Assembly (NCBI GenBank): GCA_015066325.1
Contig: SVOP01000001.1
Span: 1,668-65,667, forward strand
Length of the DNA stretch: 64,000 bases
Direction of reading: 5' to 3'
Origin: Oscillospiraceae bacterium
Lineage (GTDB): Bacteria > Bacillota > Clostridia > Oscillospirales > Acutalibacteraceae
Below are positions 32,949 to 44,254 of this stretch, in pieces (position 1 is the stretch's first letter; every line of letters begins with the position of its first letter). The notes beneath the pieces are model-generated. The model was not told the origin of the DNA. It worked only from the letters and a program-made list of their open reading frames with translations, and ran no database searches. A program made the position numbers and the translations under genes.

Positions 32949-33268
32949 GATTAAAATAGAGTTTTGTATATATTTTCTTGTTTTATGTGTTATCACATTC
33001 CTTTTGGAGTGTCCTTTTTTTGCGGGTTTTAAAATAGTTCCTAACAAGCGAAAATTATATGAACAAATTTAATGCTTGCTAAAACTTATGCCTCGATTAT
33101 TTTCACTTCCTATATATAAAAATTTTATAAAAATTCGTACACTGAAACTTAAAGTACAAGGATATATATCCGGGTTGATTTAAGTGTAGTCATTGTGATA
33201 TAATAATTCTATAAAATCGACTTATTGAACATGAGCACAAAACTAAATAAAAATATTTAGCATATTCC

Positions 33269-35563
33269 ATGGAGGATATTATGAACAAGGAAAATAAAAA
33301 ATATCTAATACCCATGCTTGTTGCTGTAGTGCTTATGTTTGTGTGGATTTTTGTCACCGTAGTTCTTACAGGCGGGCGTGAGATTTCGGATTTTACCGAT
33401 ACAGATAAAATGTTTTTTACGGGTTTTATAATCGTTGAATTATTAACAGTGGCTTCTATTATAATTTTAATCGTTAAAGCACAAAAGCTTGTTAATAAAA
33501 ACAATACCAACATTGAAACTAACACCAAAATGCCCGTTGATAAACGCAGAGTTGCACTTACTGTTGCATCTTTTGTAGCAATAATTGCAACTATGTTTGG
33601 TGGCATTTTTGCAAAAAATTTATTTGATACTTTTTCGGAAAATATAATCGGTATTATTGCTATCTCCACATTACTTTTACCGGTTTTATTTTTAATAATA
33701 AATGTTATTGCAAATCGCATCTATGTCAAAAAATTAAATCAAAAATCTATTGCCGAAAACCAACAATACTGGCTTGCACACCGTGATAACCCCGAAAAAA
33801 CCATAGCAAAAAAACTATATTTATTGAAAATGCTTATAATAATCAATGATTTTTATAGTGTACTTTTGGCTGTTTGTGCTTTTGTTTCAGCATTCTTTAT
33901 GGGTGTTATCAGTGATGGTGGTGGTTCTGTTGCCCCGTTGTTCGTTTGCTTTATGATTATTTCAGGTGCTGCATTAAGAATACGACTTAAAACACCTGAA
34001 AAGATTTTTGAAGAGGATAAAACTTATGTTTCTGAAAGTGATTATCCTGTTCTCTACGATTTAGCAAAAAAAGCTGCAGTTGCAACAGGCTGCACAACAA
34101 AAATTAAAATTGCAATACTTGATGATTTCAATGCAGGCTCTGCCAACATTAATAACACAATTTCAATTCAGCTTGGTGCACTTTTGCTCAATGTGTTATC
34201 AGAAGATGAATTATATTGTGTTTTGCTGCATGAGTTCTCCCACATAAAAGATGAAGTTAACCGCGAAAAAATAAATGACTACTACCAGTATATATGTGAT
34301 GTTCACAATAATAGTATAACAAATACTTATTCAAGCATCACAAGGCATCTGTTTACTTTTATTGATGTTTATTTTAATGTGCATTACAAATTATATTTAT
34401 ATGCAGTTTCATTGGTTCGCGAACGTGCTGCAGATGAGGCTATGTCGATATACGGCAACAATGAAATTGCAGCCTCCTCATTGGTAAAAATCAAATATTA
34501 TGAGCTTTACGATTGGGAAAAAGGCTCCTACGACACGCCTTGCAATATGCTATCAGAGGAATACGACACTAATTCATTGAACAATGAAGTGATAAAATTC
34601 AAGAAAGCAATACAACTGAACGCTGAAAAATGGAATGGGCTTATAAACAAAGAAATACTTTCACGCAGTGCTACACACCCCACTTTAAAAATGCGACTTG
34701 AAAGTCTGGGGGTAAATGAACTTAGAATCTTGTATCCCGAAAGTTCAAAGGAATATGTTTCGGAGAGTAAAAAAGCCATTGAATATGTAAGTTCGTTAAT
34801 TGCCCAGCAAAGCAAGGAGTCTTATGGGGAATACCGTAAATACTATTACACCGAATCAAAAGAATTGGTTGAAAAATGGGAAAATAACGGTAGACACATA
34901 ATTGCAGAAGAATACAGCGATGTATGTGATGCTTTGCGCCGTTTGGGCAGAAACACCGAGGCTTTTGAATTATGTGAAAATGCTATCAAAATTCTTGATG
35001 ATGTTGGTTCGTGCTACGCACACTTTATGAAGGGTTGCTTTTTGTTGCATTTTTTTGATGAAACCGGTATAGGCTATATTTATAGGGCTATTGAAACAAA
35101 TCACAACTATATTGATGAAGGTCTTGAGGTAATAGGTCGTTTCTGTTGCCTTACAGGACAGGAAGATCAATTGGAAATTTATCGTGAACGTGCAATTGCC
35201 TTGGCACAAGAAAATGAAATATACTCCGAAGCCAGTGTTCTTAATAAAAAAGACAAGCTTTCAACTGAAGTTCTTCCGGAAGGTATGCTTGAAGATATTC
35301 TTGAACATATCACATCTGAGTGTAGCGACAACATAGAAAAAATTTATCTTGTCAGAAAAACAATAACCGACAACTTTTTCACAAGTGCATTTGTTATGAA
35401 AATGACTCCCGATACAGATGATGATACCCGATATAAAATTTTACATAAGGCCTTTAATTATCTTGATACTTGCAGTGATTGGCAATTTTCCTTATTTGAT
35501 TACGAGGATGTGAAAAATGTTAAAATAGAGAATATTGCCGGCAGTTGTGTTTATTCACGGTAA
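33269..35563 (+). CDS. Membrane-bound M48-family zinc metallopeptidase with a C-terminal helical-repeat domain
   Basis: About 6 N-terminal TM helices. HExxH in VLLHEFSHIKDE, with a downstream E (RERAADE). The C-terminus looks TPR-like. Confidence 0.65.
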   Translation: MEDIMNKENKKYLIPMLVAVVLMFVWIFVTVVLTGGREISDFTDTDKMFFTGFIIVELLTVASIIILIVKAQKLVNKNNTNIETNTKMPVDKRRVALTVASFVAIIATMFGGIFAKNLFDTFSENIIGIIAISTLLLPVLFLIINVIANRIYVKKLNQKSIAENQQYWLAHRDNPEKTIAKKLYLLKMLIIINDFYSVLLAVCAFVSAFFMGVISDGGGSVAPLFVCFMIISGAALRIRLKTPEKIFEEDKTYVSESDYPVLYDLAKKAAVATGCTTKIKIAILDDFNAGSANINNTISIQLGALLLNVLSEDELYCVLLHEFSHIKDEVNREKINDYYQYICDVHNNSITNTYSSITRHLFTFIDVYFNVHYKLYLYAVSLVRERAADEAMSIYGNNEIAASSLVKIKYYELYDWEKGSYDTPCNMLSEEYDTNSLNNEVIKFKKAIQLNAEKWNGLINKEILSRSATHPTLKMRLESLGVNELRILYPESSKEYVSESKKAIEYVSSLIAQQSKESYGEYRKYYYTESKELVEKWENNGRHIIAEEYSDVCDALRRLGRNTEAFELCENAIKILDDVGSCYAHFMKGCFLLHFFDETGIGYIYRAIETNHNYIDEGLEVIGRFCCLTGQEDQLEIYRERAIALAQENEIYSEASVLNKKDKLSTEVLPEGMLEDILEHITSECSDNIEKIYLVRKTITDNFFTSAFVMKMTPDTDDDTRYKILHKAFNYLDTCSDWQFSLFDYEDVKNVKIENIAGSCVYSR

Positions 35564-35651
35564 CTCTCCCGCTTCCTTTTATGTTTTCTGACGGTTCAGA
35601 ATACATTCTTTGTTGTTTTAAACAAAATCCTTATGAACACTCGTATCAAAA

Positions 35652-35688
35652 CCGAAGTTCACACAACAGTGTGGTCTTCGGCTTTTTG
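35652..35688 (+). terminator. Rho-independent terminator
   Basis: CCGAAG..CACAC-AACA-GTGTG..CTTCGG followed by CTTTTT. Confidence 0.6.
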
Positions 35689-35917
35689 TTCATTCTTTGT
35701 TCACAATTTTTGGTGTAAATCCAACATTTAATACAACAGGTGTTTAATGTTTCGTGAAAGGGGCGTTTTTTTACAGATTTGCTTGACTTTGTCGGAAAAA
35801 ACCATTATCATCAAACTACGCAATTATCGTTAAAACAGATTGTTTGAGTTTTTATAAATTCATAAATTGTCTTTTTTACATAAAATGTTCTTTCAAAAGA
35901 ACAGAAAGAGGTTGCCA

Positions 35918-37693
35918 ATGGGCACAAAATGTGATTATTTTTCAACAATGAAAGCAATATCTTTGATAGATTTACCTATTGAAGAAAAAACTTGGCTTCA
36001 GCACTACGGCAATATGCATGAGCATATGTGCTACCGCGAGGGCTCAATTTATGAGCTTTTAAAAGAGATGGTTGATAAACAGCCTGATGCACCTGCATTG
36101 GAGTTTTTTGACACAGTTTACAGCTTTGAATCAATGGATGAAAATATCAATATCGTTGCAAATGCTCTTAAAAAATTAGGTGTTGTTGAGGATGAGAGTG
36201 TAACAATTTGTATGCCCAATATGCCTGAGGCGATTTTCCTTATTTACGCTATTAATAAAATCGGCGCAGTTGCAAATGTTATTCACCCTTTAAGCGATGC
36301 AAACGAAATCAGAAATGCGGTCGCTCTTACAAATTCAAGCCTTATTTTCACAACAGATGTTTCCTATAAAACTGTTAGAGATGCTTGCGTTGAAAAGGTT
36401 GTTGTTTGCGAAGTCAGTATGAGTATGCCACCTGTTCTTAAAACTCTTTATAATATCAAGAGCAGAAAGAATATGAAATACTCTTCCGATACAATTACCT
36501 GGAAAAAGTTTATTTCCGGAATGGGCACAATTGCACCATCTGTTAAAAGAAACAGAGATGATGCAGCAGTTCTCATTTACAGCGGTGGCACAACAGGTAA
36601 ATCCAAGGGGATTGTTCTTTCCAATCTTTGCTTTAATGCACTTGCAATTCAATGTATTGATGTTTGTCCTGAAGCAAGACCGGGTGCATCTATGATGTCC
36701 GCACTTCCCATTTTTCATGGTTTTGGTCTTTGCGTTGCAGTTCATGCACCGCTTTGTTTGGGTATGAAATGTATTCTTATTCCTAAAATAGATATTAAAA
36801 AGCTTAACGAAACAATAAAGAAGAAAAAACCCACAATTGTTCCCGCAGTTCCCACAATGTTAAAGGCGATTACAAATAACAAAAACTTAGGTCCTGACAG
36901 CTTTAAAAGCGTTAAGGTTATACTTAGCGGTGGCGACTATTTAAGCGATGATTTAAGGGCAAAGGTTATTGATTATTTCCGTTCATGTGGTTCAAAGGCA
37001 CACATAAGAATCGGTTACGGTCTTTCTGAAGCAACTGCTTTCTTTACTGCAACTGCTTACGGGTCAGAGGATATTGATAATATCGGTATTCCAAACCCTG
37101 ATACTCATATCAGAGTTTGCGACCCCGTTACTAACGAAAAGCTCCCCGACGGTGAAATCGGTGAAATCTGCGTTAACGGACCAACTGTTATGCTTGGTTA
37201 TGTTAACGATAAAGAAGAAACCGATAATGCAATAAGAACCCATGCCGACGGAACACAATGGCTTCATACAGGTGACCTGGGTTATCTTCAGGACGGTGTT
37301 CTTCACTTCACATCTCGTCTTAAAAGAATGATTATTTCCAATGGTTATAACATTTACCCCACAGAGCTTGAAAATATTCTCAATAAGTGCAAATATGTTG
37401 CATCAAGTGTAGTGGTTGGTATTAAAGATAAGGTTCGTGAAGAAGCACCTAAGGCGGTTATCGTTCTTAAAAACGGTGTTCAGAGAACTGCAGAAATTGA
37501 AAAGGAAATCAAAGAATTCTGCAAAAAGAACATTGCAAAGAATGCACAGTTCAAGGAAATTGAATTTACAGATGCATTACCCACAACAAAAATCGGTAAA
37601 GTTAACTACCGCATTTTTGAAAAATTAAAAGATAAAGAAAATGAAACAGAGGCTGTTGAAGAAAAAGAAACGGTAACAGCTGAAAAAGAATAA
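35918..37693 (+). CDS. AMP-binding acyl-CoA synthetase / long-chain fatty-acid-CoA ligase
   Basis: AMP-binding motif IYSGGTTGKSKGIVLSN. Also GYGLSEA, and TGDLGYLQDGVLHFTSRLKRMI. The track ORF starts at 35867, but the ATG at 35918 follows AAAGAGG. Confidence 0.85.
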   Translation: MGTKCDYFSTMKAISLIDLPIEEKTWLQHYGNMHEHMCYREGSIYELLKEMVDKQPDAPALEFFDTVYSFESMDENINIVANALKKLGVVEDESVTICMPNMPEAIFLIYAINKIGAVANVIHPLSDANEIRNAVALTNSSLIFTTDVSYKTVRDACVEKVVVCEVSMSMPPVLKTLYNIKSRKNMKYSSDTITWKKFISGMGTIAPSVKRNRDDAAVLIYSGGTTGKSKGIVLSNLCFNALAIQCIDVCPEARPGASMMSALPIFHGFGLCVAVHAPLCLGMKCILIPKIDIKKLNETIKKKKPTIVPAVPTMLKAITNNKNLGPDSFKSVKVILSGGDYLSDDLRAKVIDYFRSCGSKAHIRIGYGLSEATAFFTATAYGSEDIDNIGIPNPDTHIRVCDPVTNEKLPDGEIGEICVNGPTVMLGYVNDKEETDNAIRTHADGTQWLHTGDLGYLQDGVLHFTSRLKRMIISNGYNIYPTELENILNKCKYVASSVVVGIKDKVREEAPKAVIVLKNGVQRTAEIEKEIKEFCKKNIAKNAQFKEIEFTDALPTTKIGKVNYRIFEKLKDKENETEAVEEKETVTAEKE

Positions 37694-37704
37694 GCTTTAA
37701 TTAA

Positions 37705-37743
37705 ATACTCCCCAACAAGAAAAATTTTCTTGCTGGGGAGTAT
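37705..37743. terminator. Bidirectional terminator between convergent genes
   Basis: Long hairpin ATACTCCCCAACAAGAAAA / TTTTCTTGCTGGGGAGTAT. Confidence 0.7.
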
Positions 37744-37758
37744 TGGTTTAATGTGTTG

Positions 37759-40086
37759 TTATTTTACAACTTTAAGTGTTTTATAACCGCTTAAGGTTTT
37801 TCCGTTAACTGCTCTAACACGATAAGAATATGTTGTGTTGCGTTTTAATGCTGTGTCCTTATAGGAAAGCTCAGTTGTTGTGGTGAGCTTTGTCCATTTG
37901 GATTCACCACTTGCTTTTCTGTAAACCGCATATTCCTTTGCGCCGGTGATTTCGTTCCAAGAGAATTTAACAGATTTTGTGTATTCTTTTACATTCACTT
38001 CAGGGGCATCGAGGTGCTTGATTTTAAGACCTGTTTTGTTATAGGAGCTGTTAGTTTTGCTCTTATATGCCTTAACTGTGTAGGTGTAAGTTGTGCCGGA
38101 TTTTGCAGTTTTATCTATATAAGTAGTTTTAGAGGTTGTCCCTATATATTTATAGCTACCACTACCGGATTTTCTGTAAACCTTATAACCCTCTGCACTG
38201 TTTACCTTTTCCCAAGAAAATTTAACACCCAAAGTAGTGTTATGCACTGAAGAAAGCTTAGGAGCAGAAAGGAAATATTTGCTTACTACATTATAACCGC
38301 TCATTGTTTCGCCTTTACCTGCCATAACGCGATAATAATATTTCTTGCCGCTTTTTGCAGTTTTATCTGTAAAGGATGTGCCGGTTACTGTATCGATATA
38401 ACTCCATTTTGATGAGCCTGAGGTCTGGCGATAAATTCTGTATTTTGTTGCACCGGCAATTTTTCCCCAGCTAAGATAAACACCTTTTGTTGTGCTTTTT
38501 ATGCTGACATCGGGAGCAGAATAATATGTGTGAGTAACGCCTTTTGAATTGAATTCGCCCCAACCCACAAAATTATAGCCTTTTACTGTATAGATATATT
38601 TCTTGCCACTCTTTGCGGTTTTATCAATAAATGAGGTTTCATCTGCATCAATTGTGTCAAGTCGGGTCCAGTTTTTGGCGCCTTCAGCTTTTCTGTAGAT
38701 TCTGTATTTATCTGCAACAGGATCGGCAGCCCACGAAACTTTTACGCCTTGATTAGTGCTTTTCGCAGTTATATTTTTGATTTTTTGGGGTTCAATAATT
38801 GAACCGCCGTTGTTGATTGTTACATCAGAATAAATAGACGCATTTGCAAAATCTTTTTCATCGATTTTAAGAGGCGTTAATCCGCTTAAAGAATTTTTGT
38901 TTTTGTCTTCAACAGCAATTATGCCGTAAGTTGGATGGTTAATTAAATTGTAAATATAAGTATCTGTTTCAAGTGTTCCGTCATCGTATTCGTATTCGTG
39001 CTGCCAGAAGCCATATTTTGTTCCCTTTTCATCTACGCAAAGGTCAAAAAATTCTTTTTCAGAGGGATCGAAAATGTATTTGTATGAGTCATTGGGTTCA
39101 TCGGGATAATCTGTGTAACCAATATAGAAGCCTAAATTCTGATCGTATATGGGTTCATTTTCGGTTAAAACTGTAAAGCCATCAAGAGAAATCGCTTCAC
39201 CGTCTGCGTATTCATTCGAAACATAGCAGTCAAGAATTTCGTCGTATGTAACGGAATAAACCCAGTATTTTCCTGTATAATTATAGGTTTCTTCATCAAG
39301 TTCTTCGTCGGCAACGTAATAAACGCCGTCTTTTATCAGACCGAATTCATACCAGTCATAACAGTTCCATTCTAAATCATATGCTTCAATTTGTTCGTAA
39401 TAATCTACTGTGTATTTTTTAAACTCAAGGTTGTTGCCTTTAACAGTTCCGCCTAATTTTATGATTTCGGAAGAATCTAAGCACGCGGATGAATAAATAT
39501 CAATTGCGGGAGTTTCAAACTCAGGGGCTGAATAAGCTTTGAGTTTAACAGTCTCTTCAACAGTCAGGGTTGAGTTGGTTTCGTTAGCATCAATTTGAAT
39601 ACCACTGAAATCTTTAGTTCTGTTAACAACCAATTCGCCGTTACCTGTAATTGTTACAGATCCGCCTCTTGTTCCTGCCAAGGAAGTGATTTCACCTAAT
39701 TCGTTGTAACCAATAAGGTTGATTTTGAAATCGTCACCCATTTCCATAAGCATAAGAGATGCATTTTTAGCCGTGACATTATTAAGAGTAAGAGTATTGG
39801 TGTTAAGGTTATAAGAGGCACCTGTAAAAGGCTGCGATGGTTTATATCCGTCGATTTGCGGATATAAGATGGAGGTTTCTCCCATCATGGTGTCTTCCTC
39901 ATCGTCTGTAATATAATTCATAAAGATGATTGCAGACATTTTTGAAAGCAGGATATCGGTAATATCTGTGTTTTCAGGGTCAAAAGGATGGGGTCCGTTT
40001 TCTGCAAAAACTGTTATGGGAGATATAACAGAGAAAACCAAAATCACCGTCAAAAATAAGCTTAAAAACTTTTTCATATTTTCCAC
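37759..40086 (-). CDS. Secreted protein with about five C-terminal fibronectin-type-III-like repeats
   Basis: Signal peptide MKKFLSLFLTVILVFSVISPITVFA. Repeated modules of the form GVK(V/F)SW..(V/I)..A..Y.(I/V)YRK...S..W..(L/I)......(S/T)(F/Y).D(K/T)(T/A)(A/L)K...Y.Y.V.A. Confidence 0.65.
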   Translation of the reverse strand: MENMKKFLSLFLTVILVFSVISPITVFAENGPHPFDPENTDITDILLSKMSAIIFMNYITDDEEDTMMGETSILYPQIDGYKPSQPFTGASYNLNTNTLTLNNVTAKNASLMLMEMGDDFKINLIGYNELGEITSLAGTRGGSVTITGNGELVVNRTKDFSGIQIDANETNSTLTVEETVKLKAYSAPEFETPAIDIYSSACLDSSEIIKLGGTVKGNNLEFKKYTVDYYEQIEAYDLEWNCYDWYEFGLIKDGVYYVADEELDEETYNYTGKYWVYSVTYDEILDCYVSNEYADGEAISLDGFTVLTENEPIYDQNLGFYIGYTDYPDEPNDSYKYIFDPSEKEFFDLCVDEKGTKYGFWQHEYEYDDGTLETDTYIYNLINHPTYGIIAVEDKNKNSLSGLTPLKIDEKDFANASIYSDVTINNGGSIIEPQKIKNITAKSTNQGVKVSWAADPVADKYRIYRKAEGAKNWTRLDTIDADETSFIDKTAKSGKKYIYTVKGYNFVGWGEFNSKGVTHTYYSAPDVSIKSTTKGVYLSWGKIAGATKYRIYRQTSGSSKWSYIDTVTGTSFTDKTAKSGKKYYYRVMAGKGETMSGYNVVSKYFLSAPKLSSVHNTTLGVKFSWEKVNSAEGYKVYRKSGSGSYKYIGTTSKTTYIDKTAKSGTTYTYTVKAYKSKTNSSYNKTGLKIKHLDAPEVNVKEYTKSVKFSWNEITGAKEYAVYRKASGESKWTKLTTTTELSYKDTALKRNTTYSYRVRAVNGKTLSGYKTLKVVK

Positions 40087-40261
40087 TCCTTTTTGTTTGT
40101 TTTATCGTGGTTCAAGTTTAAAATATCACAAATCAAGGTCTATAACAATAGAATTTTGTCAATTGTATTAATTTTGTAACCTTAAAGTTCAAGTGACTTT
40201 CTTTTGCAATATAGGATAACTTGTGACATAGAACAATATACCTGTTCATTAATAAGTGTAA

Positions 40262-40304
40262 AAAAAGGAAAAACTTGACAAAAATTTCCTTTTTGTCAAG
40301 TTTT
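40262..40304 (-). terminator. Rho-independent terminator after the 40311..42752 gene
   Basis: AACTTGACAAAAA / TTTTTGTCAAGTT stem. On the minus strand it is followed by TTTTTCCTTTTTT. Confidence 0.6.
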
Positions 40305-40310
40305 TTAAAA

Positions 40311-42752
40311 CTATTTTTCGATTTTAACAGTTTTGATTTCCCAGGGCTTGAAGACTAATTTGTTATCGATTATCTCATTTGTTTCTTTACCCAGCAAGTC
40401 AGTTTCAAATGTTGTTTTTCCGATATTCATATTTAATTCTATTTTTTCTTCTGTGTCAGAGTAATTGCAGAAACGCGCTAAAATATGGTTATCTTCGGGG
40501 TAAAGAGCAGTAAGAATAACATTTTTATTATCAGTATTAATATTCGCAAAAGAACATTCTGTCATACTGCCGTTACCAATGGGTAAAGCCATAGCATTTG
40601 GTGCATAAGCATAAGAGAGAGCTTTTTTGTGAAGCTCTGCTTCGGAAAGCTCGCTTTCGAATGGGAATAAAGCAAATTCATTTTCAAAAACTCCGTTGAG
40701 AATTCTGTCACCGCAAAGATATTCGTTTGAATAAATGAGTGGAATATGAACTTTGTTTCCTGAAACTGCTGCACCCATACAGCCTTTATTGAAAATCCCA
40801 AGACCGTTTTGCTTATCTTTAAGAGAAACCCAATAAATACCGTGATAATAAGTTGTTGAATTAAAGGATTCTTCGGGAGTTACATCAATATCGAGGATGA
40901 TTTTATCATCAGGATACCAGTATTCCTCAGTTTTTCTCAATGCACCGTTCCATTCTGAAATTGAATAGGGCAAATCTCTGAACATTTTTCTGTCTTTTGA
41001 AAGGCAAGGATTTATAACAAAGCAGATTTTATCCTCGTGATGATGTCCGTTAACGGTAAGGGGAACGGGCTTGCCGTGAGTGATATCAGTTCTGCCTACT
41101 TTCTGACCCTGAACGTCAAATTTTGTTTTGAAATCAATTCTTTTGCTGTTTCCGTTGAATTGCATCTGCACTTCATAGGGGATTGAACCGATTTTACCTT
41201 TCTGAATTGCCGTTGCAGAGCAAGCAGAGGTTTTTACTTCCCATACGCCATTTGAGGAATATTCTTCATCGTCAACAAAACCGGTAAAAAGAACACCGTT
41301 GCCGTTGTCACATAAGATTTTTCCGCTTTTTATGTCTTTAATGTATGAAATTCCGTCAGTTACAAGCTTGATTTCATAGTTGGGTGTTGTGAGAACGCCC
41401 TCTTTTTCAGACCAGCAGAAAGGCAACTTTGAAGAATTTACGACTTCTTTAAGAATATATGATTTAGCGGTGAATGGCGGCAACTGAATATGTGCTCGGA
41501 GAACTTTTTTATTTTTATCAATAACTATTTCACTTTCGATTTCTTTGTGACCATCAAAAGCACAATATTCTTTTTCAACATCAACCTGAACCCATTCATC
41601 AACGGGGAAAGAGTGAGTGTTTATAACTAAAAGGCTTTCGTAGTCTTTGTGAGCAAATTTTGAAGCAATAAACTTTAAAGACTCTTCTTTAACAGCTTTT
41701 GATGCTTCAAGAGATGTAGGAATAAATCTTCTTGAAAGGTCAAGAAGACCGCAAATTGTAACATCGTGGTGCTCTGCGGCAAGAATGTATTTCCAGGCAT
41801 ATTCTGATTTTTCCTGAAGAGATTTACCGCCCAACATAACTGAAAGAGCATTGAGTTTTTCGCCCTGAACGGCTTCAACCTCACCCTGACGGCAACCATT
41901 GAAAATTTCATTACCGCAATAACCCCAAGGCATCTGAACATGGAAATCGTTGTCGGTTGTGGGAAGCTCCTCATCAGCTTCTCCATAGATTTCGGGGATT
42001 TCTTCAAGAAGAACATACTGACAGTTTTCTTTTTTTACAGTATGGGCAATAACTGATTCAACGGGCTGTGTAAGGTCATCATACCTTGAAGCCAAAAGAG
42101 GTTCATGTTTTTGGAACATTTCGGCAAAATCCTCAGGAGAATAAAGCTCGGAATCAACGGGCCAACGGGAAAAAATCCAGTTATCAACTGTGGTACAGTT
42201 GAAGCCTCGTCCTTGCTTTTCGTATGTAGGAACTGCAGGGATAGAAGTGCCGTCTTTACCAATCCATTTGCCCCAGGCACAGTCAAAGGTTCTCGGGTAG
42301 CCGTAACCCATAACGTGAGAACGCAAAATTGCAGCGTCATAGCCACATTTTGAAATTAATTGAGGTGTCTGGTTGTGAAGTGCAAATTCTGAAATGGCGT
42401 ATACGTTTGGAGTTTTGCCGAAATAAGCTAAATTTGTTCTTACTGCATAAAGAAGCTGACGGGCATTTGACTCTTCGGAAATGGTAAGAGCTAAAGGCTG
42501 ACCGTAGGTAGTTGCACCTAAACCAACTCTGTCAGGGTATTTTCCCAAAAGCTCTCCTATAAGCTCAACAACCTCAGGGTCTTCCTTTGAAAACTCGTCA
42601 AAGGTAAAGGATTCATAATCAAGACCGATTTTTAAGGTCGGGTATTTTTCCAACCACTCAAAAAGCTTTTTTAAACGGGGCTTAACTTCATTTTTCCAAA
42701 GCACGTAACCGCCGTGCTCATAAGTAAGTATATATAATTTTTTATCACTCAT
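40311..42752 (-). CDS. Large cytoplasmic protein, possibly glycoside-hydrolase-like (GH38/GH57-type N-terminal barrel); function uncertain
   Basis: 813 aa with no signal peptide. It has only weak resemblance to alpha-mannosidase-like architecture (N-terminal barrel plus beta-sandwich C-terminus). The sugar-utilisation neighbourhood is suggestive. Confidence 0.3.
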   Translation of the reverse strand: MSDKKLYILTYEHGGYVLWKNEVKPRLKKLFEWLEKYPTLKIGLDYESFTFDEFSKEDPEVVELIGELLGKYPDRVGLGATTYGQPLALTISEESNARQLLYAVRTNLAYFGKTPNVYAISEFALHNQTPQLISKCGYDAAILRSHVMGYGYPRTFDCAWGKWIGKDGTSIPAVPTYEKQGRGFNCTTVDNWIFSRWPVDSELYSPEDFAEMFQKHEPLLASRYDDLTQPVESVIAHTVKKENCQYVLLEEIPEIYGEADEELPTTDNDFHVQMPWGYCGNEIFNGCRQGEVEAVQGEKLNALSVMLGGKSLQEKSEYAWKYILAAEHHDVTICGLLDLSRRFIPTSLEASKAVKEESLKFIASKFAHKDYESLLVINTHSFPVDEWVQVDVEKEYCAFDGHKEIESEIVIDKNKKVLRAHIQLPPFTAKSYILKEVVNSSKLPFCWSEKEGVLTTPNYEIKLVTDGISYIKDIKSGKILCDNGNGVLFTGFVDDEEYSSNGVWEVKTSACSATAIQKGKIGSIPYEVQMQFNGNSKRIDFKTKFDVQGQKVGRTDITHGKPVPLTVNGHHHEDKICFVINPCLSKDRKMFRDLPYSISEWNGALRKTEEYWYPDDKIILDIDVTPEESFNSTTYYHGIYWVSLKDKQNGLGIFNKGCMGAAVSGNKVHIPLIYSNEYLCGDRILNGVFENEFALFPFESELSEAELHKKALSYAYAPNAMALPIGNGSMTECSFANINTDNKNVILTALYPEDNHILARFCNYSDTEEKIELNMNIGKTTFETDLLGKETNEIIDNKLVFKPWEIKTVKIEK

Positions 42753-42804
42753 AAAGTAACACCACCTATACTTTCAAGTATATATTTTGAAATGGGCATT
42801 GTCA

Positions 42805-42836
42805 ATAAAAAAGCAACCCTCAATACGAGGATTGCT
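42805..42836 (-). terminator. Rho-independent terminator after glyA
   Basis: Minus strand reads AAGCAATCCTCG-TATT-GAGGGTTGCTT followed by TTTTT. It is directly followed by TTGACA-N17-TATACT, a candidate promoter for the downstream gene. Confidence 0.6.
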
Positions 42837-42843
42837 TAAAAAT

Positions 42844-44100
42844 TCAGTCATTGTATAAGGGATATTTATCACAGATTCTTGCAACGTTTTCAATAATGTA
42901 GTCTTTACTGTTTTCAAAATCTGTTGCGGCAAGCTTGATATATTCTGCAATATCAATCATATCCTGAGCTTCAAAGCCTCTTGATGTAACTGCTGCTGTA
43001 CCGATACGGATACCACTTGTAACGAAGGGCTTTTCAGGGTCGTTGGGGATAGCGTTTTTATTAACTGTAATGTGAACCTCGTCAAGACGGTGCTCAAGCT
43101 CTTTACCTGTAATTCCGAGGCTTCTTAAGTCAAGGAGTAAAAGGTGGTTATCAGAACCGCCTGAAACAATGTCAACACCCTGAGCAATGAGTGCATTTTC
43201 AAGAGCTTTACAGTTAGAAATAACTTTTTTACCGTATTCCTTGAATTCGGGCTTAAGTGCCTCGCCGAAGCAAATTGCTTTTGCGGCAATAATGTGCATA
43301 AGAGGACCGCCCTGAATACCGGGGAAAATTGCTTTGTTAACTTTCTTTGCAATTTCCTCATCATTTGTAAGAATAATACCGCCACGAGGACCGCGAAGAG
43401 TTTTATGGGTTGTGGAGGTTACAACGTGAGCATAGGGAACGGGGGAGGGGTGCATACCTGCGGCAACAAGACCTGCAATATGAGCCATATCGACCATAAA
43501 GAGTGCGCCGACTGAATCTGCAATTTCACGGATTTTTTTGAAATCAATAATTCTTGAATAAGCGGATGCGCCTGCAACGATAAGCTTGGGACTGCATTCT
43601 TTTGCTTTCTTTGCGAGAGCGTCATAATCAAGATAACCTTTTTCATCAACGCCGTAACTCTCAAAGTTGAAGTAAGAACCACTAACGTTTACGGGTGAAC
43701 CGTGAGTAAGATGGCCACCGTCCGCAAGGCTCATACCGAGAACTGTATCACCGGGCTGAAGAAGTGCGAAATAAACTGCAAAGTTTGCCTGAGAGCCTGA
43801 ATGAGGCTGAACATTTGCATATTCACAGCCAAAAAGCTTTTTAAGTCTTTCAATTGCAAGACCTTCTGCAATATCAACATATTCACAACCGCCGTAATAT
43901 CTGCGAGAGGGATAACCCTCTGCATATTTATTTGTGAAAATGCTGCCGCTTGCAGCCATAACGGCGGCAGAGGTGTAGTTTTCACTTGCAATAAGCTCGA
44001 TGTTTCTGCTCTGACGAACCTGCTCTTTTTCAAATGCCTCAAAAAGCTCACTGTCAGCATTTCTGAGCAACTCAAAATCTTTTTCAAGATAACTGTTCAT
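42844..44100 (-). CDS. glyA: Serine hydroxymethyltransferase
   Basis: [41 protein letters not shown] and the PLP-lysine motif [15 protein letters not shown]. The start is set at the ATG at 44100 (GAGGAGG SD), not the track's 44118. Confidence 0.95.
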   Translation of the reverse strand: MNSYLEKDFELLRNADSELFEAFEKEQVRQSRNIELIASENYTSAAVMAASGSIFTNKYAEGYPSRRYYGGCEYVDIAEGLAIERLKKLFGCEYANVQPHSGSQANFAVYFALLQPGDTVLGMSLADGGHLTHGSPVNVSGSYFNFESYGVDEKGYLDYDALAKKAKECSPKLIVAGASAYSRIIDFKKIREIADSVGALFMVDMAHIAGLVAAGMHPSPVPYAHVVTSTTHKTLRGPRGGIILTNDEEIAKKVNKAIFPGIQGGPLMHIIAAKAICFGEALKPEFKEYGKKVISNCKALENALIAQGVDIVSGGSDNHLLLLDLRSLGITGKELEHRLDEVHITVNKNAIPNDPEKPFVTSGIRIGTAAVTSRGFEAQDMIDIAEYIKLAATDFENSKDYIIENVARICDKYPLYND

Positions 44101-44254
44101 TGGGGAAATCCTCCTCAAATTTAATTGGTTTAAGCTTGCTTATATAATACCTTAAAACAAAAAGTATTTCAACAAAAATAATTATTTAACAATAAGTTCT
44201 GTGATATTAACATAAACAAGGGCAAATTAAAGGTGTTTTTTAGAATTTTTTATA

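Noticed and set aside
33190-33720. The 176-aa minus-strand ORF
   Set aside because: It lies antisense to, and almost entirely inside, the well-supported M48 peptidase gene (33269-35563). Its hydrophobic low-complexity translation is the mirror of the sense-strand TM helices. It has no SD.
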